From an uncultured bacterium (lineage in GTDB: Bacteria; Patescibacteriota; Minisyncoccia; Phycocordibacterales; GWA1-40-21), in assembly GCA_903832855.1 (NCBI GenBank), contig CAILDB010000017.1:4992-68991 (forward strand): a stretch of DNA of 64,000 bases. The letters are read 5' to 3'. A model generated the notes under the pieces. It was given only the letters and a program-made list of their open reading frames with translations, did not search any database and was not told where the DNA came from. Each line of letters starts with the position of its first letter. Position 1 is the first letter of the stretch. The translations under genes and the position numbers were made by a program. Positions 48,601 to 55,070 of the stretch are shown here, piece after piece.

Positions 48601-49270
48601 TCTTTTCTGTCTTGTCTGCTTTTTCTACTTTATCTTTTTTGTTTGAATCCTTTGATAAAGTGTCGGAGGACTGGATTGCTTCGTCTTCACTCGCAATGAC
48701 GGAAGAGTCGGGTATCTGCGTACTGAGGTCTATGATGACAGTATCGGGAGCTTGGTCACCTGAAAGTGCTTCGTCAACAGTTGCAAACATTTTTCCCATT
48801 TTTGAAAAGATATTTTGAAAGAAAGCAAAAAAACCTTTTGCATTTTTTTGCTTGATTGATTTTGCAAGTGCAAGAGATGCTGATGAGCTGGCTCTCTGAC
48901 TCGCGAGTTCTGATAATTTTATTCTGTCTGCGTTTGTGAGATTCCCCGACTTGGACATGGCATGTCCAAGTGCAGTGGTTGTGGAAATTTTTACATTATC
49001 TGCAACTTTCGGAATTACTAAAAGATGCTGATTTGAATTTATGCTAACTGTCTTTACCCATTTTATTGGCTCTCCGGGGACTGACGGAAGCTGACTTGTA
49101 ATAGTGCCTTTGACGAGAGCAACATTATTATCTTGAGAATTATTTGAAAGGCTTGAAAAATCAGATATCTTGTAGACAGCAAAAATCAAAGCCACCAATA
49201 CCACAGCGACACCCAAAACCACTAGAGTTTTTTTGAGACCAGATTTTTTATAAATTTCCTCTTGCTCCAT
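39611..49270 (-). CDS. giant (3219 aa) cell-surface protein
   Basis: Single 9.66-kb ORF with TM anchors at both ends. In N-to-C order: Ser-rich linker carrying hairpin-repeat insertions; Gly-rich domain; two laminin-G/ConA-like domains (DDVRIYNTAL x2); beta-helix-like T/S/G/N-rich region; Ig-like domains; two tandem PKD domains (SAGADQ...SYLWSK.SGPG); CarboxypepD_reg-like domain. Confidence 0.85.
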   Translation of the reverse strand: MEQEEIYKKSGLKKTLVVLGVAVVLVALIFAVYKISDFSSLSNNSQDNNVALVKGTITSQLPSVPGEPIKWVKTVSINSNQHLLVIPKVADNVKISTTTALGHAMSKSGNLTNADRIKLSELASQRASSSASLALAKSIKQKNAKGFFAFFQNIFSKMGKMFATVDEALSGDQAPDTVIIDLSTQIPDSSVIASEDEAIQSSDTLSKDSNKKDKVEKADKTEKKDKDSSVIPAEAGIQSSPSSSTDQFSSTPLELTATSSLLLTGQATSLPILNLDISSFVSTSSATSSQESGMDSVLQRNDNTGAGTSSASSSDSVIPTEVGIHPSSTSSVSSSVIASTSEAIQSSSTPSESVSSSTVLVSYETPAPTIAEANTDTGKIVQVSAPEIAGPSATSGPEHLTNVLAFTNIPEIYKVGQESKIKIKWTNNGDQNVTFHAYDLNSNGKLDYVEWTVPHLSTQTFEIIFISKAFELDQNKEIINDIYDIVATQDKDYATVPNGNYVRVTFQKILDETKDITVYAKSTNNGQSASVEVYPVYTDEDGNQTQGQMLETVSDGTNPTFENISEDGKYRILLQNLQTPTDVFDLKISGNVDIDYIVDPVCATAPDDPLYTVCTYTTVGTTTLTLPTGVTSADVLVVAGGGGGSVGGGGGGGVLTGSLAVTGEYPVIVGAGGRGWLSSPVDASDGSNSVFAGLTAFGGGAGGKNGNGFPGGSGGGAGGSWGGNTVGGSATNGQGFAGGNNNYAQKGGGGGGASTNGDTASTSQVGGNGGAGMSNQLSGISAVYGGGGGGAGQTTPGSGGLGGGGAGGDYGGTAGTPNTGGGGGGMWNGFPGGNGGSGIVIVRYLTPANLGSGLVAHYTMNDDAASLVVADSVGSNTGTSATNTSIMTTSKIGSALSFNGTSDYVDAGNPSSLQFGTGDFSLSAWIKPSVDADVYKRAIISTSGGTGYIFAYINAGGGNQLYVETYDGTFNPYGYSTSVVTKNAWNYVTLVRTGGLYKFYINGISSGTVVDTAGNIVNAANFTIGRATNPGGDYFPGSIDDVRIYNTALDQTAIDALYASGAGTESEAGALGTGLVAHYKMNDDSTNTTVADSIGGHTGTAQRNTDLLATAKIGKAMSFNGTGDKVVVANSDSLNMIGKALTLSVWVNPASLGHLGAVLSKAEATYNGESDFDFGLWSNNKIYFGFNAGVFGSIDNFSSDSITSTGWHLITVAWNGTTNADMMRFYIDGTPSGTATAAQPSSQMISNSNLYVGGKNLYRFTGSIDDVRIYNTALSADDVLTLYNNGAGSEGQTLGDGNGTWNGSADGVLTNRANWTGSYPCGSASYTAEIPASLATYPSSGTCSAGTVTNNGTISGGTFTGSVINHSTISGGTFTLSGNYTQDGGSFTNSTAISVGGNLSVSGGTFAIGTNDLTVTGSSTVTGATTTIGISGNTGWTTAGLTVGAGGVVTATGASKVTLSSGNFDQSSITSRFNASTATITVNGNGTFTANGTLDSTQYNSASLVLNGTNTLTYGNNPTYWDNGFNNLTVGQSGNTVTLASHICIISNVTIGSGILTGSGNMYLKGATPLSFDAASTLSVPSLYFYGQTASQSIPALVNGYSSDIYVDVPGGILTQTGNVTLNTTKSMYFISGGAGRALGYKTDGYNLTIGGNITIGVGADTALKKLDATGAGGRTSTVTVGGNWLNYGTGTAPSQFVADNSTVIFNSTATGKTITSGATNSKFNNLTFNGTGGAWTLQDNLVASGSVAVTAGTLSAGGKNITTTGARNLTISDGALITASGLANTSGTYYNQVTVSGTLNPNAIGTYTYVGLRNGIPEYRRGSDNWYVSNDTLSFIITPVPGVATGNDWWKSGGFPATISGSYAPDTNYTGTATVANVTASGFIGSTITVGGNFSASGHSGALLTLNPASAWYLNVAGTASASYVNAAYSNASGGTLISQTNSTNGGNNTNWNFNTAPNAPTLVSPTTASYTTDTTPTLSAIYSDPDTADVGTTNYRIASSAVNCTGGTVVDSGTSAETASNNATTTWTPSSSIGSDATYYWCAQNNDGVATSSWTSMGNFILDTTAPNTATSLVWSQTSPASTTAVTASWTKSNSGDLADQKILFYTGATCDTISGSMIDLASNSLQTRDFTGNDALTYSYKIVSIDTATNQATSSCSASMLIDISPPVRSGGAPGGTLALNTSSTTISLTTNEPATCKYSATNISYASMTLFSTTTATTTHSSIISELSNGGSYLYYVKCSDAVGNVNSDEFTISFTVQADITAPTVSVTAPANNAKVRGNSVTVSANAVDDVSVSGVQFKLDGSTNIGGEDLIAPYTTTLDTTSLDDGNHEITAVARDGTGNQATSSIITVTVDNTVPSVSAGADKVKNALFSQTGSATDITSEVASYLWSKLSGPGAVSFSSTTLPTVNISANQDGAYLISLTATDLAGNSASSTFNLTWDTTAPSVSAGADQSKKATFTQTGSATDGGSGIASYLWSKVSGPGTINFGSATAVSTTISAGTDDGAYVIALTTTDLASNSASSTFNLTWSTVAPTISNILPVDGSRISNNQVVTFTLSEAGDCRLAYSPSATAKSYDGMSGDTSCSVTDSILISCTSPDLGGAGTKNIYLACEDAYGNKDTSGTATHLTYTIPAVHHGSVSKGGGSSTPVATSTYSFSINNGAGSTDQRVVNLQFSANPYGTASAVVVSTNPDFSNITTIPYVTSTYQYNLCQGQSVCPDANYTIYTKFLSPSGVATPAYSQNITLNAVPLITEVIDNTKAVTGQVTNTITDTITKIITNVIPQGQDENVTYPPITQSVPQVTPVAFQNKWPTVIANNINNFVFEGLPSDFQNIVNKFPVVATTLQKIGITKMSDVSQLSGVGNISLPGLSEIAGLQKGQSVAVTNFSQKQINQIPTDVIFAQTADGSIDLGVKLSIANAGINLKSVNTVGLPVTDAGLALQTLNTIQGQPLKFVVKPEGKASTVQGYMIFKSSSVSSVSSSVIASKAKQSSLSQTASVAFAMENNPTISGTTVGSYPTSQTDLVLNKFNYIDSGNGVWTAEVASPLALGTYELRTIINYKANIAPKTISMVVVVDPEGYVYKINNGEETRISNALVSIDWLNPATNAYELWPSSDFRQQNPQTTDVTGRYAFLVPVGTYKLKVISNSYSDYVGAPFKVDEGKGVFINIELKAKTSLLGLLNFQTILLGGIFLALIYLIFIFTIRRGKKDKLLV
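40281..40312. repeat. hairpin repeat unit inside the giant gene (C-terminal region)
   Basis: ctggattgcttcgccttgctcgcaatgacag, giving SVIASKAKQS in frame. Confidence 0.7.
48236..48395. repeat. array of four hairpin units inside the giant gene N-terminal linker
   Basis: Encodes SVIASTSEAIQ, SVIPTEVGIH and, in inverse orientation, MDSVLQRND, all in frame. Confidence 0.7.
48557..48585. repeat. hairpin unit inside the giant gene
   Basis: ctggattcctgcctccgcaggaatgacag, giving SVIPAEAGIQ. Confidence 0.7.
48671..48700. repeat. hairpin unit inside the giant gene
   Basis: ctggattgcttcgtcttcactcgcaatgac, giving SVIASEDEAIQ. Confidence 0.7.
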
Positions 49271-49415
49271 TTTTGTATGCTTCTATTTTATAAAGAAATA
49301 AACAGCAAGTCAACCATTTTTTACCAAATTTACCCCTAAGTAATTATCCACAGTTTTTTCGCTTGACAATGTTCCGAGGTTTGCTATACTTGCACTATCA
49401 CGACGAAAGAGGTTC

Positions 49416-49943
49416 TCAAAGGGTTCCATCCCGACGAGAGCCTTTTTCATTTATATATTCTATTTTATTCTTCTGTTCAGAAACAAAGGTAAGTATATTA
49501 TTGTCAACACTACCTAACTTTTTGAATAAAGCTGAATAATTTTTATTTGGGACAAGTAATTGTTCTAATTTATTATTTTTTATCAAATATTCAACTAAGC
49601 AGTAAAAATCTCCATCTCCAGAGACAATAACCGCTTTATCAAAATTATTAAACTCAATCATTGTGTGCAAAACTAACTCGGCATCAACATTACCTTTAAC
49701 CTTCCCATTTAATAATTCTAAAGTCGGTTTAAAAACACAGATGTAACCAGCATCTTGGAGAAATGAATATAAAGATTCGTTACCTAGTTTGTATCCAATA
49801 AATAAATACGCTTTTGAAACAGAATATTTATCTTTCATGAAGATCCTTAGTTTTCTCCAATCAATTTTCCAACCCAAAGATTTAATTCCTAGGTTAAGAT
49901 TTTGACTATCTATAAAAGCATAATTATTTTCTTTCGATTTCAT
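49416..49943 (-). CDS. NYN-domain (LabA-like, PIN-like) putative ribonuclease
   Basis: AFIDSQNL ... KAYLFIG ... IVSGDGDFYCLVEYL conserved acidic motifs of the NYN fold. Confidence 0.65.
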   Translation of the reverse strand: MKSKENNYAFIDSQNLNLGIKSLGWKIDWRKLRIFMKDKYSVSKAYLFIGYKLGNESLYSFLQDAGYICVFKPTLELLNGKVKGNVDAELVLHTMIEFNNFDKAVIVSGDGDFYCLVEYLIKNNKLEQLLVPNKNYSALFKKLGSVDNNILTFVSEQKNKIEYINEKGSRRDGTL

Positions 49944-50032
49944 AATTGTATTCTACCAAAGTGTTATCAAAAAACCAAACTTGGACTTGTGGAAATTATA
50001 TTAAATAGATATAATTAGAGCAATAGAAAAAT

Positions 50033-50947
50033 ATGCAAAGTAAATATAGCTACAAAAATATCACATGGACGGATTCTTTGTGTCCAACGACGCAGGAAGT
50101 GGAATTATTGATGACAGAATACAAGCTCCATCCGAAAGTCGCAAGAGATCTGGCTTTGCCGACATATAAGGATCGGGTTACTTTATATGACAATTATATT
50201 TATTTAATTTTGCACTTCCCTGCCATCAGACATTCTCACGGCGATGATATTTCTCAAGAAATTGATTTTATTATTGGCAAAAATTTTATAATTACAAATA
50301 GATACGAGATGATAGATGTGCTGGAACAATTTGCAAAAGAATTTGAAGTGAATAGTATTTTGGAAAAAAGATTGATGAAGGACCACGCTGGATATGTTTT
50401 TTATTATATTATGAAGGATTTGTATATGTCTTTGTCTGATGAGCTTGAGTCACTCGGTGATCAAATAAAAGAGGTGGAAGGAAATATTTTTAATGGAAAA
50501 GAAAAAGAAATGGTTGGCGATATTTCAAAAATAAGTAGAGACCTGATGAATTTTGAACACACTATTAAAACACACAAAAATGTTTTAGAAACATTTGAAG
50601 GTTATAGTAAGAAATTTTTCAAAGATGATTTCGCTGAAAATGTAAGAAAACTTATAGACGAATATGAAAAAATTAATACCATTCTCGGTGATGAAATTGA
50701 TTCAATGAAAGAAATGCGAGATACAAATGACTCACTTCTTTCATCCAAACAAAACGAAATAATGAAAATTCTCACAATTTTTACCGTTTTTGCACTTCCC
50801 TTTTCTATCATCACTGGTTTTTTCCAAATGAATACTAGGCTGACTCCAATTGTAAATAATCCATATGCATGGCCTCTTATTGTGGGTGTTGAAATCATTA
50901 TTACTGTCTCGCTGTTTCTCCTCGCTAAAAATAAAAAATGGTTTTAA
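50033..50947 (+). CDS. corA: CorA-family divalent-cation transporter
   Basis: Cytoplasmic helical domain plus two C-terminal TM helices linked by GFFQMN (a variant of the GMN motif). Confidence 0.7.
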   Translation: MQSKYSYKNITWTDSLCPTTQEVELLMTEYKLHPKVARDLALPTYKDRVTLYDNYIYLILHFPAIRHSHGDDISQEIDFIIGKNFIITNRYEMIDVLEQFAKEFEVNSILEKRLMKDHAGYVFYYIMKDLYMSLSDELESLGDQIKEVEGNIFNGKEKEMVGDISKISRDLMNFEHTIKTHKNVLETFEGYSKKFFKDDFAENVRKLIDEYEKINTILGDEIDSMKEMRDTNDSLLSSKQNEIMKILTIFTVFALPFSIITGFFQMNTRLTPIVNNPYAWPLIVGVEIIITVSLFLLAKNKKWF

Positions 50948-50978
50948 ATTAACCCTTTAAAGTTTTTACTGATACATT

Positions 50979-51233
50979 ATGCAATATGTCTATGTGTTAC
51001 AAAGTAAAATGGATGGTGGTTTATACACTGGTTGCACGAATAACTTGAAAAGTAGGTTCATATTGCATAATGCGAAAAAAGTTGATTCTACTGCAAAACG
51101 AACTCCATTTGTGCTAATATACTATGAAGCATACATAAATAGTCACGATGCATATAACCGCGAGAAGTATATGAAGACACAATATGGCAAGAATTATTTG
51201 AAAAAGGTTTTGTCCAACTTTTTTAATCAGTAA
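50979..51233 (+). CDS. GIY-YIG nuclease-family small protein
   Basis: YVYVLQSKMDGGLYTGCTNNLKSRFILHN is the GIY-YIG core; 84 aa. Confidence 0.7.
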   Translation: MQYVYVLQSKMDGGLYTGCTNNLKSRFILHNAKKVDSTAKRTPFVLIYYEAYINSHDAYNREKYMKTQYGKNYLKKVLSNFFNQ

Positions 51234-51249
51234 AAATTTTTTAGGGTAA

Positions 51250-52770
51250 ATGTTTAACTTTCTCAAATCTAAAAAAGTTGTCTTTCTCTATAATACTCTT
51301 TCCAGAAAAAAAGAGGTTTTTAGACCTATTAAAAAAGGTCAGGTGAAATTTTATCAATGTGGACCGACAGTTTATTGGACTCAACATATTGGCAACATGC
51401 GTGCATTTGTTTTGTCTGATTTTATGCGTCGTTCTCTTTCATATCTTGGATACAAAGTAACTTTTATAAGAAATTATACTGATGTCGGACATCTGACTTC
51501 CGATAGTGATGTGGGCGAAGACAAAATGGAAAAAGCCGTAAAAAGAGAAGGTGGAAGTCCAAAGGAAATTGCCGATAAATACACAAAGATTTTTGAAAGT
51601 GATACAAATGATTTGAATATTTTAGAGCCGGATTTCAAACCTCGTGCTACAGAATTTGTTGCAGATATTATTGATTCAGTTGGAATTTTAATTAAAAAAG
51701 GATTCGCCTACCCTACCGATCTTGCAATTTATTTTGATATTTCAAAAGCAAAAGATTACACCAAACTTTCCGGACAAAATCTGGAAGAAAATAAAAGTGG
51801 CGCAGGAAATGCTGAAGTTGAAGATAAACAGAAAAGAAATCCTGCCGATTTTGCTCTGTGGTTTTTCAAAGCAGGAAAGCACGCAAATGCTTTGCAATTT
51901 TGGCCATCACCTTTTACTTCTTCACTTGTTAAAAACGGCGAAGGTTTCCCTGGCTGGCACATAGAATGTTCTGTAATGGTCAAAAAACTTCTTGGAAATA
52001 CGATAGATATTCATATGGGCGGAGTAGAACACATTCCTGTTCATCACACAAATGAAATAGCTCAAAGCGAAGCACTCAATGGTGTTACTTTTGTAAATTA
52101 TTGGCTACATAATGAATGGCTTATGGCAGATGGCGGAAAAATATCTAAATCAGTTGGCACAGCATTTAGTTTATCCGATTTGAAGGAAAAAAGTTTTAAT
52201 CCTCTGGTCTTGCGATATTTCTTTATGCAGGCACATTATCGTTCCAAACAAAACTTTACTTGGGAGGCACTTGAAGGTGCGAGGAACGGTTACGAACATT
52301 TGATAAATCAAATCTCTGTCATTGCGAGCAAAGCGAAGCAATCCAGTCTTCTTCTGTCATCCCGGCGCAGGCCGGGATCCATCTCCTCCTCTGTCATTGC
52401 GAGTGAAACGAAGCAATCCATCGGCCATACTGACCCCACTTTCAAAACCAAATTTTCTAAAATAATCGGTGATGACTTTGGTATTTCCCAAGCACTCGCA
52501 CTTCTTCAGGAAGTCTTGAAATCAGACATTCCAAAAGAAAATAAACTTGCGACTATTTACGATTTTGATAAAGTTCTTGGACTGGATTTACAAAAGGCCG
52601 CCGAACTTTCTGAAAATATTCCCGACGAAATCATAAAACTTGCAGAAGAAAGAAAACTCGCCCGCTCCGACAAAAACTGGTCAAAATCCGACGAACTCCG
52701 CGACAAAATAGCATCTCTTGGTTATGAAATCAAAGATTCTTCTGCTGGATACGAAATTTCTAAAAAGTAG
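51250..52770 (+). CDS. cysS: cysteinyl-tRNA synthetase (with a 39-aa repeat-derived in-frame insertion)
   Basis: YQCGPTVYWTQHIGNMR (HIGH) and KISKSVG (KMSKS); 506 aa including the SVIASKAKQSSLLLSSRRRPGSISSSVIASETKQSI insert. Confidence 0.9.
   Translation: MFNFLKSKKVVFLYNTLSRKKEVFRPIKKGQVKFYQCGPTVYWTQHIGNMRAFVLSDFMRRSLSYLGYKVTFIRNYTDVGHLTSDSDVGEDKMEKAVKREGGSPKEIADKYTKIFESDTNDLNILEPDFKPRATEFVADIIDSVGILIKKGFAYPTDLAIYFDISKAKDYTKLSGQNLEENKSGAGNAEVEDKQKRNPADFALWFFKAGKHANALQFWPSPFTSSLVKNGEGFPGWHIECSVMVKKLLGNTIDIHMGGVEHIPVHHTNEIAQSEALNGVTFVNYWLHNEWLMADGGKISKSVGTAFSLSDLKEKSFNPLVLRYFFMQAHYRSKQNFTWEALEGARNGYEHLINQISVIASKAKQSSLLLSSRRRPGSISSSVIASETKQSIGHTDPTFKTKFSKIIGDDFGISQALALLQEVLKSDIPKENKLATIYDFDKVLGLDLQKAAELSENIPDEIIKLAEERKLARSDKNWSKSDELRDKIASLGYEIKDSSAGYEISKK
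52314..52430. repeat. three tandem hairpin units inside cysS
   Basis: ctctgtcattgcgagcaaagcgaagcaatccag + tcttcttctgtcatcccggcgcaggccgggatccatc + tcctcctctgtcattgcgagtgaaacgaagcaatccatc. Confidence 0.75.
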
Positions 52771-52996
52771 GAAAATCATGAGGAAAAGAGGAAACACTTT
52801 TCGAACGCTCTGGCGGAGCAGTCAGAAAATCAACGAAATTTTTAGAAAAACGAGACTGTTTGACGAGTCTGCGAGGAGTTTCGAGTTTTTCGCCCGCGAA
52901 GACACGCTTTCCTAAGCGTGCGAGCGGGAAAAGAAAATTGAGTATGATTTTCTAGATTGCGGAGCCTTTAGTGAGAAAAGTGTCTCCTCTTTTCCC

Positions 52997-53611
52997 CTAT
53001 TTCCTATTTCCTATCGCGCTTTTGATAGTGTCAGAGTCGGAGTATTCGAGCTCGGTGCCGGTGGAGAGGCCGCGGCCGAGCGTGGTTATTTTGAGGGCAA
53101 ATTTTGTAGCGAGGGGCGTAAGAGTTCGTTTGATGTATTCTTCGGTGTATTCGCCTTCGGTATTTGCATCCAAACCAAGAATTATTTCTTTCAGACCGTT
53201 TTGAGACATTTTTTCCGCGTGAGCGAGAAGTTCTTTTATTCTAATCCTATGTTCCGGTTCCTTATCCAGAATCGGAATTGTTCCACCGACTACAAAATAC
53301 CTCCCTTTGTATCCTCCACTCCTTTCTACATTTTCAAAGTCAACATCACGAGAAACCACAAGAAGTTCAGAAATATCTCTGTTTTTATTTCCACAAATTT
53401 TGCAGATTTTTTCATCTGTCTCCGAATTAAAATATCTAAAACATTCGCTGCAAATTTTTGTCTGTCTCTTCAAATCAGCAAAAAGCTTTGAAATTTCCTC
53501 AACATAACCTCTAGGCCGAGTAAGTAAAAAATAAACGAACCTTTTTGCCTGTTTCGGTCCTATCCCCGGAAATTCAGAAAATATTTTAATAAGTTTTTGT
53601 GATGGGTCCAT
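52997..53611 (-). CDS. recR: recombination protein RecR
   Basis: HhH FPGIGPKQAKRF, C4 zinc finger CSECFRYFNSETDEKICKIC, Toprim domain; start taken at MDPSQKL (the track ORF is extended into dnaB). Confidence 0.85.
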   Translation of the reverse strand: MDPSQKLIKIFSEFPGIGPKQAKRFVYFLLTRPRGYVEEISKLFADLKRQTKICSECFRYFNSETDEKICKICGNKNRDISELLVVSRDVDFENVERSGGYKGRYFVVGGTIPILDKEPEHRIRIKELLAHAEKMSQNGLKEIILGLDANTEGEYTEEYIKRTLTPLATKFALKITTLGRGLSTGTELEYSDSDTIKSAIGNRK

Positions 53612-53618
53612 ATCAATA

Positions 53619-54998
53619 TTATTCAATCTTGCCGAAATCACCAAAGTCGCCTGCATTTTTATCCATACTCAAAAAGCTTGATTTATTTTGGTCAAAGAAT
53701 AGCTCAATAGAACCAGTCGGACCATTTCTGTGTTTTTCTATCATAATTTCAGCAACACCTGGCTTATCAGAATTATCATTATATTTATCATCTCGGTGAA
53801 TAAACATCACCACATCTGCATCCTGCTCAATAGAACCAGAATCTCGAAGGTCCGAAAGTCTTGGTTTGCCACCTCTTTGTTCCACGGCTCTTGAAAGCTG
53901 GGAAAGCGCAATCACAGGAACCTCAAATTCTCTGGCAAGCTGTTTTAGAGACCTAGAAATTTCAGTAACTTGTTGAACAACATTATCCGAATTTCTACTA
54001 TTTGTTGGAACCATAAGTTGTAAGTAATCAATAATTACAAGTCCAAGTTTCTTGTCATTTTTTAATTTACGCACAACTGAACGCATTTTCATAATATTAT
54101 TTGCAGGCTGATCGTCCACAAAAATAGGCGCTTTTGAAAGTGGCTCAAGAGAATTCCTAATTTTTTCAAATTCGCTATCAAGAGTAAGAGCCCCAGTTCT
54201 AAGTTTCCATGCATCCACTCGTGACTCGGCAGCGAGCATTCTGTCTACGAGTTGCTGAGTGTTCATTTCAAGAGAAAATATTGCAACCGGAACATTGTGG
54301 CGGATGGCTGCGTTTCTCGCGATATCCAGTGCAAGAGATGTCTTTCCCATGGAAGGTCGAGCAGCAAGAATAATAAGGTCTGATTTTTGAAATCCTGAAA
54401 GTTTAGTATCCAAATCTTTAAATCCAGATGAAACACCTCGAAGCCCGCCTTTTGTCTTGTGAAGAAGTTCAAGTCTGTCCCACGCTTCACCGAGGGCATC
54501 CTTCATTTCAATATATTTATTTGAAGTGGAAGTATTTGTAACTTCGTAAATTTTCTTTTCTGCCTTATCCAAAATTTCTTCGATGTCATGCTCTTCTTGA
54601 TAACCAAGCGAGACAATATGTTCTGCCGCTTCTATCAGTCGACGCATTGTGTATTTTTTCTGAACAATTTCTGCATAGTGTTCGGCATTTGCGGAAGATG
54701 GAACGGCGTTTACAATTTCAGTCAGGTAACTCATCCCGCCGATTTGGTCCAAACGACTATTTTCTTTTAGTTTTGATGAAATGGTAAGCAAGTCAATCGG
54801 ATCACTTTTTGAAAACAAATCCGACATTGTAGAAAAAATAGTTTTGTGTCGGTCCATATAAAAAGCTTCCGGCTTTATGATATCCATAATTTCGGAGAGT
54901 GCTTCCGGACGAAGCATAATAGAACCGAGCAATGCTTTTTCCGACTCAGTATTCTGAGGTGGAATTCTCTGCGTGTATTTTTTAATTTCTCCTGCCAT
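53619..54998 (-). CDS. dnaB: replicative DNA helicase DnaB
   Basis: PPQNTESEKALLGSIML N-terminus; Walker A ARPSMGKTSLAL; 459 aa. Confidence 0.9.
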   Translation of the reverse strand: MAGEIKKYTQRIPPQNTESEKALLGSIMLRPEALSEIMDIIKPEAFYMDRHKTIFSTMSDLFSKSDPIDLLTISSKLKENSRLDQIGGMSYLTEIVNAVPSSANAEHYAEIVQKKYTMRRLIEAAEHIVSLGYQEEHDIEEILDKAEKKIYEVTNTSTSNKYIEMKDALGEAWDRLELLHKTKGGLRGVSSGFKDLDTKLSGFQKSDLIILAARPSMGKTSLALDIARNAAIRHNVPVAIFSLEMNTQQLVDRMLAAESRVDAWKLRTGALTLDSEFEKIRNSLEPLSKAPIFVDDQPANNIMKMRSVVRKLKNDKKLGLVIIDYLQLMVPTNSRNSDNVVQQVTEISRSLKQLAREFEVPVIALSQLSRAVEQRGGKPRLSDLRDSGSIEQDADVVMFIHRDDKYNDNSDKPGVAEIMIEKHRNGPTGSIELFFDQNKSSFLSMDKNAGDFGDFGKIE

Positions 54999-55070
54999 CT
55001 CTTGATTTTAACATGCAAAAGAAAAAAGAAGCAATGCCAAAAGCTTTATAAGCTGTGAGTAAGATGTTGA

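Noticed and set aside
42365-48818. Many plus-strand ORFs inside the giant gene (e.g. 43905..44210, 44772..45128, 46624..47010, 46892..47242, 47046..47441, 48141..48377, 48579..48818)
   Set aside because: They are antisense shadows of a GC-rich Gly/Pro/Ala-coding region. The minus-strand 9.66-kb ORF is uninterrupted and has coherent domain content.
39611-49270. Diversity-generating retroelement targeting the giant protein
   Set aside because: No reverse-transcriptase gene and no obvious template/variable repeat pair in the window.
495-52430. Possibility that the short repeats are a CRISPR array
   Set aside because: Units are not regularly spaced, have no unique spacers of uniform length, vary in sequence and orientation, occur inside genes, and there are no cas genes in the window.
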